Positions 9,450-19,261 of a stretch of 55,020 nucleotides of DNA are shown in pieces. Position numbers and translations under genes: made by a program. The stretch comes from Treponema sp. (lineage in GTDB: Bacteria; Spirochaetota; Spirochaetia; Treponematales; Treponemataceae): positions 1-55,020 of the forward strand of contig JAZQSR010000062.1 of NCBI GenBank assembly GCA_045630225.1. The letters are read 5' to 3'. The first letter of the stretch is position 1, and every line of letters starts with the position of its first letter. The notes under the pieces were generated by a model. It was not told the DNA's origin, did not search any database, and worked only from the letters and a program-made list of their open reading frames with translations.

Positions 9450-11162
9450 TTATAAAGATTCTCCAGACAAAGCCTTCTGGGCCATTTTTTCCAGCTCCTT
9501 AATGGAATGCTTAGCCAAGGCTTTTTTTACAGCACCAATGTGAACTGGAGAAACGCTCAAAGTTCTTACTCCTAAACCTGCCAACACCATGGCTTTCTCA
9601 GGAACACCAGCCATTTCACCACACACAGAAACAGGAATTCCACCTTTGTCAGCACAGTCCACCGTATTTTTAATAAGACGCAACACAGCCACATTCTTAT
9701 CATCGTATAAATCTGCCACCGAGGGATTTTCTCGGTCAATGCCCAGCACATACTGGGTCAAGTCGTTTGTACCGATGGAAAAGAAGTCGGAATACTTGGC
9801 AAAAATATCTGCAGAAATGGCTGCGGCGGCAGTTTCCACCATAATGCCAACAGGAACCTCTGGATTAAAATCAAGGCCATCCTTTTTCAATTCCGCTTTT
9901 ACCTCATCAATAACCTGCAAGGTTTCCTTAATTTGACTCAAATGGGTAACAAGAGGAATCATAATGCGTAAATTTCCGTACACACTAGCTCGGTACAAGG
10001 CTCGTAACTGGCGCTTGAACAAGGACTTGTTGGCCAAAGTGAGACGAATGGCTCGACTTCCCAGCAGGGGATTTTGTTCTGGCACACTGTCAAAACCAGC
10101 GTCCTTAAGGAGCTTATCGCCACCGGCGTCCAGTGTTCGGATAATTACCGGCCGATTCCCCATAATTTCCAAAACCTGCTTATATGACTCTAACTGAGCA
10201 GCCTCAGAAACAGATTTCTTTCCAGAGGAACCTGTTTTACGGGCATCTTGCATGGCACCCATAAAAAGGAATTCCGTGCGGAACAATCCGATTCCTCCAG
10301 CACCTTCCTCCAGAGCCAGCTGTGCCTCTTCTGGAGAACCGATATTTGCCAGCAAGGTAATGGCAACGCCATCCTTTGTACAGGCAGCCTTGTGCTTGAG
10401 TTTGGAAAGACTTTTTTCTTCCTTTTGCTTGGCTGCTTCAAATTTATGGTATTTTTTCAGGGTCTTTTCATCAGGCTCCACAATTACCAAGCCTTCTGTT
10501 CCGTCCACAATAACCTGCTGGCCAGACTCTAGCTTGTCGGTAATGGCCTTGATTCCCAAAACTGCTGGCAACCGATGGTTTCGGGCCAAAATAGCCAAAT
10601 GACTGGAAACACCACCTTCACAAGCCACCAAGCCCCGCAAATGTTTCTTGAACAGGGCAACGGCATCGGCAGGACTGACAGATTCTGCCACCACCACCGT
10701 ATTTTCTGGCACAAGATCGTAGTCAAAGGGCTTGTATCCTAAAAGCTCGTCAACAACCTGGGCAAAGACATCAGTAATATCCTGAGCCCGTTCCGCCAAG
10801 TATTCGTCACCAGCTCCCCGCAGGATTTCAGCCATTTCGGCAGTCTTCTTCTGCAACACAATTTCTATGTTCTGCAAGCTCTTGATCAGGAGATTTTTCA
10901 CCTGAGACAGGAATTCCACATCCATCAGCATGACAATGTAGGTTTCCAAAATGGCCGCATATTGACTGTCTGCCGTGGCTGATTGCTCTTGCATCCGTTG
11001 TCGCACCTTTTCTAAGGCTGCTTCCAAACGCTGCCACTCTGCGTCAATATCTGTATCTTGAATCTTGTATTGGGGAATTAAGCGAGGTGCTGGGGTAGGA
11101 ACGAGGAAAACCTCTCCAAAACCAATTCCTTCCGAGGCAGAAAGCCCTTTGAATGTTTCCAT
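9450..11162 (-). CDS. ptsI: Phosphoenolpyruvate-protein phosphotransferase (PTS enzyme I)
   Basis: GGVSSHLAILAR phospho-His motif, GIGLFRTEFLF, IRTLDAGGDK, FFSIGTNDLTQY, VCGEMAG; ATG at 11162 chosen as start (ORF track starts at 11171). Confidence 0.97.
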   Translation of the reverse strand: METFKGLSASEGIGFGEVFLVPTPAPRLIPQYKIQDTDIDAEWQRLEAALEKVRQRMQEQSATADSQYAAILETYIVMLMDVEFLSQVKNLLIKSLQNIEIVLQKKTAEMAEILRGAGDEYLAERAQDITDVFAQVVDELLGYKPFDYDLVPENTVVVAESVSPADAVALFKKHLRGLVACEGGVSSHLAILARNHRLPAVLGIKAITDKLESGQQVIVDGTEGLVIVEPDEKTLKKYHKFEAAKQKEEKSLSKLKHKAACTKDGVAITLLANIGSPEEAQLALEEGAGGIGLFRTEFLFMGAMQDARKTGSSGKKSVSEAAQLESYKQVLEIMGNRPVIIRTLDAGGDKLLKDAGFDSVPEQNPLLGSRAIRLTLANKSLFKRQLRALYRASVYGNLRIMIPLVTHLSQIKETLQVIDEVKAELKKDGLDFNPEVPVGIMVETAAAAISADIFAKYSDFFSIGTNDLTQYVLGIDRENPSVADLYDDKNVAVLRLIKNTVDCADKGGIPVSVCGEMAGVPEKAMVLAGLGVRTLSVSPVHIGAVKKALAKHSIKELEKMAQKALSGESL

Positions 11163-11306
11163 ATCTTCCAATATAACAGAAAAAAAACTCTTTGACTATG
11201 GAGGGGGGTACGGATGGAACAATCCAACATTCTGAAAATCTTCTTCTTGTCTCTCCCCTCCACTTTCTCCCTTTCACTTTTACAATAATCTTGGTATACT
11301 GAAATT

Positions 11307-13211
11307 ATGAAAAAGATTCTTGTTCGTTTCCTCTTATCAGTCACACTTTTACTGCCCCTTGCAGCACAAAGTCACATTTCTGTTCCCTTGAATGATCCCA
11401 TTTATTATGTCATTGAACAGGCTCAGCTCAAAGGATTATGCCCTGTCTTAAGTGAGGCAAAGCCCTATTCTCAGCACAAGATAAAGGGAATAATCAACAC
11501 CATTCTCTCTGCAGAAGCAGAATCACCCTGGACAAGTCTTACCGCCTCAGAACGGGGAATTCTCCAGCAAACCTTAGCCTCCTTTGAAAAACAAGAAGGC
11601 TGGAATTGGCTCACGGGAGAAACATATCAAGAACATACAACAAAATCTGGCACCACTATGACCTTTAATGTAGGAGCTTCTTGGCAATCAGTAGCCTCTG
11701 GTTCCTATGAATTCCTTGGCAAGGATTTTTCATGGGGAACCGACAACTGGGGTGTAGTCTTTATTAGTGGTGACATGGGAAATGCTTTTTCTTGGAACTT
11801 CTCTGCTGGCGGTGGACTGATGCGGGCTCCTCGACAAGAACTGGGAACAGCCTATACCTTTTACGAAGGTTTTGAGAACAAGGATATTGACCCAGCCAGA
11901 AAAGACCAGAATAAAGAATACATAGTCTTCAGTGAACCCATTTCATTCTTCCCCTATACCTATCAAAAAAATTGGGATGGTTCTATTTTCAGAGCAGACA
12001 ACCTGTCTTCCAGCGGTTTTTACGAGTGGCCATACGGCATATCCTTTGGATACCAGATGAACGGAGAAGTAGCCGTTTCCCTTTTAGATGATGCCATTTC
12101 TGTACGAGCAGGCCGCTTGCAACGTGAGTGGGCAGCTGGAACAAGTGGTAGTAGCCTTGCCCTCAATGCTGCAGCCCGCCCCTTCTTTGGCTTAGAAGCA
12201 AACTTCGAGCCCTTCAGTTGGCTTCGGATGGCTACACTTACCGGTATCTTAGAATACTATAACATGAAGGGAATCAGTGTTAGTTCTGCCACCTTCCAGA
12301 ACGCCTTTTCAATCTCAATGGCAGAAGCAAACTACAAGAATTATCTGCACTTTAGCCTTGGTTCCAGTGCTGTATTCCCCAAACGCTTTGAAATCGGCTA
12401 CTCCTTCCCCTTGCTAAATAGCTTCTTCTACCAAAACAACGTGGGAGATTTTGACAACCTAGCTCTATTTGCCACCATGATCCTGCAATATCCTGGAATC
12501 GGAAAGATTTGGGGTTCAGCCTTCGTAGATGAAATGGATTTGTCCAGCCCAGAATTCTTTAGTCAGGATAGAAACATGTATGCACTACAATTTGGTGCAT
12601 CAGCATCACTGCCAATTCCTCATCTTGCCTTCTCCAACTTTACCTTTCAGTACACAAAGATTGAACCATACGTGTATACCCACCAGCTGGTAAAAACTCC
12701 TTGGTACGATGACACATGGATGGAAGAACCTTACATGAACAATGGGGTTTCTCTTGGTTATTATCTACCACCAAATTCCGATGAATTAAAGCTTCGTTTT
12801 GAATCATCTGTTATACACGGTGGTACATTCCGATTCCACGCCCAATACCAGATGATACGCCATGGTGCGGAGCATGGTAGCAGAGCAGTGGACGGTAGTG
12901 GACTTACCTCCCAATTGGATACAACTGGCCGTAACGACAAGGAAGGTAAACCAGAGTTGTGGAAATACTTCCTCCATGACGGAGCCTATCAGTGGCAACA
13001 CATTTTCAAGGTAGGTGGATCCTTCGATATGCAGGGGCTTGCAATTCCCCTCAAGCTCTTCTGTGATTTGGGTGTGGTATACTCCTATTACACCGACATT
13101 GACGGAAAGCCCAACTCCGGCAAACGCTACGATATCCACAGAATCAACACTACTGAATACCCCACTCAAACCCAGTTTATTACTACTGTGGGATTCAAGC
13201 TCTATCCATAA
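11307..13211 (+). CDS. Exported protein, probable outer-membrane beta-barrel (possibly Wzi-like)
   Basis: Sec signal (..LPLAA|QS); aromatic- and Gly-rich alternating beta-strand segments; C-terminal TVGFKLYP strand. Confidence 0.55.
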   Translation: MKKILVRFLLSVTLLLPLAAQSHISVPLNDPIYYVIEQAQLKGLCPVLSEAKPYSQHKIKGIINTILSAEAESPWTSLTASERGILQQTLASFEKQEGWNWLTGETYQEHTTKSGTTMTFNVGASWQSVASGSYEFLGKDFSWGTDNWGVVFISGDMGNAFSWNFSAGGGLMRAPRQELGTAYTFYEGFENKDIDPARKDQNKEYIVFSEPISFFPYTYQKNWDGSIFRADNLSSSGFYEWPYGISFGYQMNGEVAVSLLDDAISVRAGRLQREWAAGTSGSSLALNAAARPFFGLEANFEPFSWLRMATLTGILEYYNMKGISVSSATFQNAFSISMAEANYKNYLHFSLGSSAVFPKRFEIGYSFPLLNSFFYQNNVGDFDNLALFATMILQYPGIGKIWGSAFVDEMDLSSPEFFSQDRNMYALQFGASASLPIPHLAFSNFTFQYTKIEPYVYTHQLVKTPWYDDTWMEEPYMNNGVSLGYYLPPNSDELKLRFESSVIHGGTFRFHAQYQMIRHGAEHGSRAVDGSGLTSQLDTTGRNDKEGKPELWKYFLHDGAYQWQHIFKVGGSFDMQGLAIPLKLFCDLGVVYSYYTDIDGKPNSGKRYDIHRINTTEYPTQTQFITTVGFKLYP

Positions 13212-13221
13212 GCTCCATGAC

Positions 13222-13257
13222 AAGGCACCATCTCCACCAGAGGGTGCCTTTTTTTTT
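13222..13257 (+). terminator. Rho-independent terminator
   Basis: aaggcacc..tct-loop-agagggtgcctt stem followed by a T run, right after the stop codon. Confidence 0.85.
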
Positions 13258-13260
13258 ACC

Positions 13261-13289
13261 TTGACAGATAGCATTCACTGGATTATAGT
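13261..13289 (+). promoter_or_regulatory. Sigma70-type promoter of the rib operon
   Basis: TTGACA-17 bp-TATAGT about 30 bp upstream of the riboswitch. Confidence 0.75.
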
Positions 13290-13318
13290 GTATATTACAA
13301 TTCATTTTGAAATACATT

Positions 13319-13429
13319 ACGTCTTCAGGGCAGGATGAAAGTTCCTACCGGTGGTATAGCCCACGAGCCGCAAGGCATGATTCGGTGCAACTCCGAAGCC
13401 GACAGTTACAGTCTGGATGAAAGAAGATG
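13319..13429 (+). ncRNA. FMN riboswitch (RFN element)
   Basis: TCTTCAGGGCAGGATGAAAGTTCCTACCGGTGGTATAGCCCACGAGC...GCCGACAGTTACAGTCTGGATGAAAGAAGA matches the RFN consensus; upstream of ribD. Confidence 0.96.
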
Positions 13430-13515
13430 ACTCACAGAAACCCATTTACGGGCACTATGCCCTCATGCCGTTCTGTCCTTTTCCCCTCCCTGTAGACAAG
13501 CAAACTAAGGTGACT

Positions 13516-14646
13516 ATGAACTTAGACGATGAAAAATACATGAAACAGGCTATTGCACTGGCTCTTAAGGGAACAGGAAGGGTAAATCCCAATCCCTTGG
13601 TGGGTGCAGTTATCGTAAAGAATGGCCGTGTTATTGGAGAAGGCTACCATCAGCAATACGGGTGCCCCCATGCAGAACGCAATGCCTTGGCTGCCTGCAC
13701 CGAATCTCCAGCAGGAGCCACCATTTATGTTACCCTGGAGCCCTGTTGTCATCACGGAACGAATCCCCCCTGTACAGAAGCCCTGATTCAAGCTGGAGTG
13801 AGCCGTGTGGTGGTGGGTTCAGCAGATCCAAACCCACTGGTGGCTGGCAAGGGAATTGCCCAGCTCAAGGCAGCAGGCATTCAGGTGGAAGAAGGCTGCC
13901 TGCAAGCTGAATGTGACGCCATCAATTTTATCTTTTTCCATTACATTACCACCAAGCGGCCCTACATTGCTCTGAAATATGCCATGACTGCCGACGGAAA
14001 AATTGCTTGCTACACAGGAGCATCTCGCTGGATTACTGGAGAGACAGCCCGTCACCATGTCCATGAGCTACGGAACAAGTATGCTGCCATTATGGTGGGA
14101 ACAGGAACCCTTCTCGCAGATGACCCAGAATTAACCTGTCGTGTGGAAAATGGCAACAATCCAGTGAGGATTGTGTGTGACACTCAACTCCGCACACCCC
14201 TTTCTGCCACAATCGTTACCACCGCCAAGGAAATTCCCACCATCATTGCCACCTGTTGCCAGGAAGAACTCTGGTACAAGCCCTACCAAGAAGCTGGTTG
14301 CCAGGTTTGGGTCTTGCCCAAAAAAAATGGAGTAGTTGATCTACAAGCTTTGATACAGCGACTGGGACAGGAAAAGATTGACAGCATTTTGGTAGAAGGA
14401 GGCAGTCAGCTGAACTGGTCCTTACTCCAGGAAGGTTTGGTGCAACGGGTGTACACCTATATTGCCCCAAAAATCTTTGGAGGAGATGCCGCCAAGTCTC
14501 CCGTGGGAGGCAAGGGCGTAGACACACCTCAGGAAGCATGTTTGATGAAGGTAGTTTCCACCCAGCAGCTGGGAAATGATTTCCTTTTGGAACAAGAAGT
14601 TCTTTCTTCTTGCCGCTCAGCAGGTTGTAACTGCAACCAGCTTTAG
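13516..14646 (+). CDS. ribD: Bifunctional riboflavin deaminase/reductase RibD
   Basis: PNPLVGAVIV, HAE and LEPCCH deaminase motifs; VEGG in the reductase domain; start moved to ATG 13516 because the longer ORF overlaps the riboswitch. Confidence 0.96.
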   Translation: MNLDDEKYMKQAIALALKGTGRVNPNPLVGAVIVKNGRVIGEGYHQQYGCPHAERNALAACTESPAGATIYVTLEPCCHHGTNPPCTEALIQAGVSRVVVGSADPNPLVAGKGIAQLKAAGIQVEEGCLQAECDAINFIFFHYITTKRPYIALKYAMTADGKIACYTGASRWITGETARHHVHELRNKYAAIMVGTGTLLADDPELTCRVENGNNPVRIVCDTQLRTPLSATIVTTAKEIPTIIATCCQEELWYKPYQEAGCQVWVLPKKNGVVDLQALIQRLGQEKIDSILVEGGSQLNWSLLQEGLVQRVYTYIAPKIFGGDAAKSPVGGKGVDTPQEACLMKVVSTQQLGNDFLLEQEVLSSCRSAGCNCNQL

Positions 14647-14658
14647 GAGAAATAGTTT

Positions 14659-15354
14659 ATGTTTACTGGAATAGTTGAAGAAATCGGCACATTAAAAGCC
14701 ATCCAAAAAGGAAGGAATTCTGCCATTTTGCGGATTCAAGCGGCAAAAATCATGGCGGATATGCATATTGGAGACAGCATTGCTGTTAACGGAATCTGTT
14801 TGACAGTAACTGAATTCAGTGCCAGTGAATTTGCCGCCGACGTAATGCACGAAACCTTGAACCGTACAAACTTGGGCCAGCTACGACAAGGCAGCTCCGT
14901 AAACCTAGAGCGAGCTATGGCTGCCAACGGTCGTTTTGGTGGTCACATTGTGTCTGGCCACGTAGACGGAGTGGGAACAGTTTCCAATATCCAGCGGGAC
15001 GATAATGCCATTTGGTACACCATTTCTGCTGGCCCAGAAATCCTCAGGTATATTGTGGAAAAGGGCTCCATCACCATTGACGGAACAAGCCTTACGGTGG
15101 CACGAGTTTCTGACAAGGATTTTGCCATTTCTGCCATTCCCCACACAGTGGCCATCACTATTTTGGGCCAGAAAAAGGTGGGAGACAAGGTGAACCTGGA
15201 AAACGACATCATCGGGAAGTATGTGGAAAAACTCCTTCAAGGGGGAGTTCAGTCCAGCTGGCAACAGGCTAATTTTCAATCAGAAGCCAGCGGAGCCCAA
15301 AAGCAGGAAAAAAGCGGCATAACCATGGAGTTTTTAGCCGCCAATGGATTTTAA
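14659..15354 (+). CDS. ribE: Riboflavin synthase (alpha chain)
   Basis: MFTGIVEE N-terminus, GDSIAVNGICLTV, GGHIVSGHVD. Confidence 0.96.
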   Translation: MFTGIVEEIGTLKAIQKGRNSAILRIQAAKIMADMHIGDSIAVNGICLTVTEFSASEFAADVMHETLNRTNLGQLRQGSSVNLERAMAANGRFGGHIVSGHVDGVGTVSNIQRDDNAIWYTISAGPEILRYIVEKGSITIDGTSLTVARVSDKDFAISAIPHTVAITILGQKKVGDKVNLENDIIGKYVEKLLQGGVQSSWQQANFQSEASGAQKQEKSGITMEFLAANGF

Positions 15355-15414
15355 ATCCAAAAAATAAATCTCGGCGACAATGAAATCGCCACATCATACA
15401 TAAGGAGAGCAGCT

Positions 15415-16617
15415 ATGTCTGACTTCAACACTATTGAAGAAGCCCTGGAGGATTTGCGTCAGGGAAAGATGATTTTGGTGACCGATGATCCAGATCGGGA
15501 AAACGAGGGAGACTTTATTTGTGCAGCCCAGTTTGCCACCACCGAAATGATAAATTTTATGGCTGTCCACGGCCGAGGCCTTATTTGTATGCCCATGTCC
15601 GTAGACTATATCCAAAAGCTCAGGCTGCCCCAAATGGTAAGCTACAATACCGACAACCACGAAACAGCCTTTACTGTTTCCATTGACCACGTGGATACCA
15701 CCACAGGTATTTCTGCCGCCGAGCGATCCTTCACTGCCATGAAGTGTGTGGAAGATGATGCTAAACCAGATGATTTCCGTCGTCCTGGCCACATGTTCCC
15801 TCTGGAAGCCAAGCGAAACGGCGTTCTTGTTCGCCCTGGTCACACAGAAGCCACCGTTGACCTGATGCGTCTGGCTGGATTGAAGGAATGCGGTCTGTGC
15901 TGCGAAATCATGAAGGACGATGGTTCCATGATGCGTACTCCTGAGCTAAAGGAATTGGCAAAGAAACATAATCTTAAGTTCATCACCATCAAGGACTTGC
16001 AAACCTACCGCAAGCGCTACGAAAAGCTAGTGGACCGCATGACTGTAACAAAGATGCCCACCAAATACGGCGACTTTGTAGCATACAGCTATGTGAACAA
16101 GTTGAACGGCGAGCACCACGTAGCCTTGGTTAAGGGAGAAATCGGTGACGGACAAAATCTCTTGTGCCGTGTCCACTCTGAATGTCTCACAGGAGATGCC
16201 TTTGGCTCCCTCCGTTGTGACTGCGGACAGCAATTTGCCGCCGCCATGACTCAGATTGAAAAGGAAGGACGAGGCATTCTCTTGTACATGAGACAGGAAG
16301 GACGAGGAATCGGACTTATTAACAAGCTGAAGGCTTACGAGCTCCAGGAAAAGGGTATGGACACCATGGAAGCAAACATTGCCCTAGGATTTGAGGCTGA
16401 CCATCGTGAATACTACATCGGAGCCCAGATTCTGCGGGACTTGGGAGTAAAAACCATGCGTCTTTTAACCAACAATCCCGACAAGATGTATCAGCTTTCC
16501 GACTTTGGCATGGAGATTACTGAACGTGTTCCCATCCAGATGGATGCCACCAAGGATGACCTGTTCTATCTCAAGACAAAGCAGCATAAAATGGGCCATT
16601 TCTTGAACTATCAATGA
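15415..16617 (+). CDS. ribBA: Bifunctional DHBP synthase / GTP cyclohydrolase II
   Basis: [20 protein letters not shown]; [28 protein letters not shown]. Confidence 0.97.
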   Translation: MSDFNTIEEALEDLRQGKMILVTDDPDRENEGDFICAAQFATTEMINFMAVHGRGLICMPMSVDYIQKLRLPQMVSYNTDNHETAFTVSIDHVDTTTGISAAERSFTAMKCVEDDAKPDDFRRPGHMFPLEAKRNGVLVRPGHTEATVDLMRLAGLKECGLCCEIMKDDGSMMRTPELKELAKKHNLKFITIKDLQTYRKRYEKLVDRMTVTKMPTKYGDFVAYSYVNKLNGEHHVALVKGEIGDGQNLLCRVHSECLTGDAFGSLRCDCGQQFAAAMTQIEKEGRGILLYMRQEGRGIGLINKLKAYELQEKGMDTMEANIALGFEADHREYYIGAQILRDLGVKTMRLLTNNPDKMYQLSDFGMEITERVPIQMDATKDDLFYLKTKQHKMGHFLNYQ

Positions 16618-16696
16618 GATGCACCGTGAGTCAGCAGTTGGTAGCAGCTTGTTGACTCATGGCTTTACCGTAAAACTAAACCACAAGGAGAAATAT

Positions 16697-17164
16697 ATGA
16701 AGAAATTTGAAGGATCATTAGTTGCTTCCACCATGAAGGTGGGAATTATCGTTGCTCGTTTTAATGAGTTTATTGGATCAAAGCTTTTGTCTGGAGCTAT
16801 GGACGGACTTTTACGTCACGGTGTTCAGGAAGAAAATGTTCACGTGGCTTGGGTTCCCGGAGCCTTTGAGATTCCCCTCATTGCTTCCAAGATGGCAAAG
16901 AGTGGCAAGTACGATGCTGTAATCTGCTTGGGTGCAGTTATTCGCGGTAGCACCACCCACTACGACTACGTTTGTAGCGAAGTTTCCAAGGGAATTGCTC
17001 AGGTTTCCCTTTCCAGCCAGATTCCCGTAATGTTCGGTATCCTCACCACCGAGAACATCGAGCAGGCCATTGAACGAGCTGGTACAAAGGCTGGTAACAA
17101 GGGCTACGACTGTGCCTTAGGCGCCATCGAAATGGTAAACCTCATCAAGGAAATTGAAGCATAA
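16697..17164 (+). CDS. ribH: 6,7-dimethyl-8-ribityllumazine synthase
   Basis: [34 protein letters not shown]; AAGGAG RBS before ATG 16697. Confidence 0.97.
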   Translation: MKKFEGSLVASTMKVGIIVARFNEFIGSKLLSGAMDGLLRHGVQEENVHVAWVPGAFEIPLIASKMAKSGKYDAVICLGAVIRGSTTHYDYVCSEVSKGIAQVSLSSQIPVMFGILTTENIEQAIERAGTKAGNKGYDCALGAIEMVNLIKEIEA

Positions 17165-17176
17165 CAATCAAGTTTA

Positions 17177-17443
17177 TCACTTGTCCTGGTAGTGGTTCTT
17201 ACACTGGTAGATTTTGATGCAGCCGTCTTCAATCTTGTAGATGAGACGGTTCTTCTCATCAATCTCCCTGCTCCACCACCCGGACAAGTTACCCTTCAAT
17301 GGTTCTGGATGACCAAGACCACTATTTCCGTTGCGGGCTATATCCGCAAGTAATTTATTCAATTTTTTAATGAATTTCTTATCCTAATTCTGCCAGAAAA
17401 GGTACTGTTCCCAAGCAAGTTCAAAAAAAACTATCTTACTCAT
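17177..17443 (-). pseudogene. Txe/YoeB-family toxin interrupted by an in-frame TAG at codon 20
   Basis: ATG overlaps the antitoxin stop (ATGA); reads MSKIVFFELAWEQYLFWQN*DKKFIKKLNKLLADIARNGNSGLGHPEPLKGNLSGWWSREIDEKNRLIY...HY; stop at 17384-17386. Confidence 0.88.
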
Positions 17444-17718
17444 TTTTCCATCGCCTTCAATTCTTCCCAAGTTTTAGAAACAAAATGAAGTTTCCCTTCA
17501 TCATCAAGACGCTTCAACTCTTCCAAGTGGCGGATATTGGCCTCGTTGTAAAAATCATCTGGCTCCTTGGCAGAAAGCTCAAAGGGGATTTTCTCCTCCT
17601 TGATGACAGTCTTTACAAAAACATTGAAGGCGGTGGATACAGAAAGTCCGATTTTTTCGCAGATGCGAGCGAATTCGATTTTGTCGTCGTTGTCTAGTCT
17701 GATGGTTACGTTTGCCAT
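17440..17718 (-). CDS. RelB/DinJ-family antitoxin
   Basis: MANVTIRLDNDDK...GLSVSTAFNVFVKTVIKEEKIPFEL ribbon-helix-helix pattern; translationally coupled to a YoeB-like gene. Confidence 0.9.
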   Translation of the reverse strand: MANVTIRLDNDDKIEFARICEKIGLSVSTAFNVFVKTVIKEEKIPFELSAKEPDDFYNEANIRHLEELKRLDDEGKLHFVSKTWEELKAMEK

Positions 17719-17819
17719 GATTATACTCCTGAAAAGATTTCTCCTTTCAATATACCATCAGAATCTGTGCAATTCAAGTGCAATAGATATAGCTTTTATG
17801 TGTAGATGGTGGAGGAAAA

Positions 17820-18047
17820 TTATTGGAGGCAGTGGGACTTGGAGGGGGCATAGGGACATCTCTCTCCATGCTTGGTGAACAGCCTACCATTCATGGTTCT
17901 ACATTCCCCGCCACAATACACGCACAGGTTGCCCTGGGACAAGGCCACGTGCCTCTCACTGGTACTGTTCCGGCATTTTTCGCCATAGGTAGAGAACAGC
18001 TTTTGATTCAGGCTCCGCAGTGTCTCCCCACAAAAACGGCAGATCAT
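17820..18047 (-). CDS. Small protein with two tandem CxxC...C...H putative zinc-binding repeats
   Basis: CRFCG..N.KLF...GEKC....S.RH and CVYCG..N.RLF...GERC....S.SH; GAGGAG RBS. Confidence 0.75.
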   Translation of the reverse strand: MICRFCGETLRSLNQKLFSTYGEKCRNSTSERHVALSQGNLCVYCGGECRTMNGRLFTKHGERCPYAPSKSHCLQ

Positions 18048-18056
18048 GATTCCTCC

Positions 18057-18266
18057 TCATTGAGAACAAGCGATTATGAGGATAACAATGACAATTCCCC
18101 AGAAAATAATTTTTCCTTGCTTTGTCATGGGACCTAGTTTGCCATTTTCATCCTCTTTGCTTCCGGTAATCTTTTTGAAATGCTGCCACAACCCCCTGAC
18201 CGCCTCTTGCCCTTGCTTTTGAGCTTCTTTTATCTGCTCCCTACGTTCACGTTCTTCTTCCGTCAT
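18057..18266 (-). CDS. Small protein with a charged N-terminus and a C-terminal TM helix
   Basis: 69 aa; IIFWGIVIVILIIAC hydrophobic tail; AGAAGGA RBS. Confidence 0.7.
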   Translation of the reverse strand: MTEEERERREQIKEAQKQGQEAVRGLWQHFKKITGSKEDENGKLGPMTKQGKIIFWGIVIVILIIACSQ

Positions 18267-18347
18267 GTAATATCCTTCTCATAAAAAAATCAGGGTCAAG
18301 ATTCCATGTAAAGTTAGTGACTTACACTTCACCTGACCCCACTCCTA

Positions 18348-18554
18348 CTACTTCCTCTTAGAAATATTGTTAGCAGTACGCTCCAAACTCTTGAGTATTC
18401 CTCCCAACAGGCCATCCAAGAATGAACCTCCATCTGAACCTTTTCTAGCCTCGATTTCCTCTCGTTGGGCAGAAGCTCTTTCAGCCACAGAAGCAGCCTT
18501 GTTTCTCATTTCCTCCTTCTCGGACTCAGAAAAATCATTCCAATTTCTTCCCAT
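18348..18554 (-). CDS. Small hypothetical helical protein
   Basis: 68 aa; AAGGAG RBS; amphipathic GSFLDGLLGGILKSL segment. Confidence 0.7.
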   Translation of the reverse strand: MGRNWNDFSESEKEEMRNKAASVAERASAQREEIEARKGSDGGSFLDGLLGGILKSLERTANNISKRK

Positions 18555-18566
18555 AAAAAAACTCCT

Positions 18567-18716
18567 TTATTTTTCGTATACTGCAACTACCTTGCAGTTT
18601 GGGTTTCCCCGCAAGAATTTTGCCTTTGCCTCTGCCTTGGAATTGGCCATAACAATCGCAGTTGATTGATGGTTCGGTGTACTGGCCCTATTGAATGCGA
18701 CCTCATATTTCTTCAT
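18567..18716 (-). CDS. Small hypothetical protein (49 aa, not in the ORF track)
   Basis: GGAGG RBS then MKKYEVAFNRASTPNHQSTAIVMANSKAEAKAKFLRGNPNCKVVAVYEK*; first gene of the co-oriented cassette. Confidence 0.7.
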   Translation of the reverse strand: MKKYEVAFNRASTPNHQSTAIVMANSKAEAKAKFLRGNPNCKVVAVYEK

Positions 18717-18847
18717 CGCTTCCTCCATAAAATATAATTTATTGGGAATAAATCCTAAAAAACAATATTATATATTGGTTTTATTGTCAATAATTCCATA
18801 GTTTAATAATATGATTTTGAAAGATAAAAACCATCATAATATATTGT

Positions 18848-19165
18848 ATGAAAGCATCTCTGGAAACAGTATTTCGGGACAATTTAAAATTTTATCGCCG
18901 CAGAGCAAAACTCTCTCAAGAGCGGCTATCCGTGCTGCTAGACAAAAACATCAACTACATCAACATGATCGAAAGTGGAAAAAGTATTCCACCCTTGTCC
19001 ATGATAGAGCAGATTTCAGAAATTCTCCAAGTGGCTCCTCACTGTTTTCTTGAGCCCAGGGAAATTTTAGTCCCCTTTGACAAACTACAATTCGCAGAGA
19101 ATGCCTCCATCTTGATTGCAGAAAAATCACGGGAAATATTGCTGGATTTAATGAAAGAAATTTAG
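18848..19165 (+). CDS. XRE/Cro-C1 family HTH transcriptional regulator
   Basis: NLKFYRRRAKLSQERLS...YINMIESGKSIP HTH_3 pattern; divergent from the small-ORF cassette. Confidence 0.9.
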   Translation: MKASLETVFRDNLKFYRRRAKLSQERLSVLLDKNINYINMIESGKSIPPLSMIEQISEILQVAPHCFLEPREILVPFDKLQFAENASILIAEKSREILLDLMKEI

Positions 19166-19261
19166 TTCCTTGCTACTTTAACTGTCTGGGGAAGACAGTT
19201 CCCACCACGTTGATCTTCCCAAAATTGGCTTCCTCCCCCACTAAAACCCTATACTTGAGGT

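Noticed and set aside
13417-13515. N-terminal extension of RibD in the ORF track
   Set aside because: It begins inside the FMN riboswitch; the ATG at 13516 has an AAGGTG RBS and matches normal RibD length
17384-17386. Amber recoding (pyrrolysine or alternative genetic code) in the toxin gene
   Set aside because: Many intact genes here end in TAG (nrdD, MCP, der, radA) and no pyl genes are present; a simple nonsense mutation is more likely
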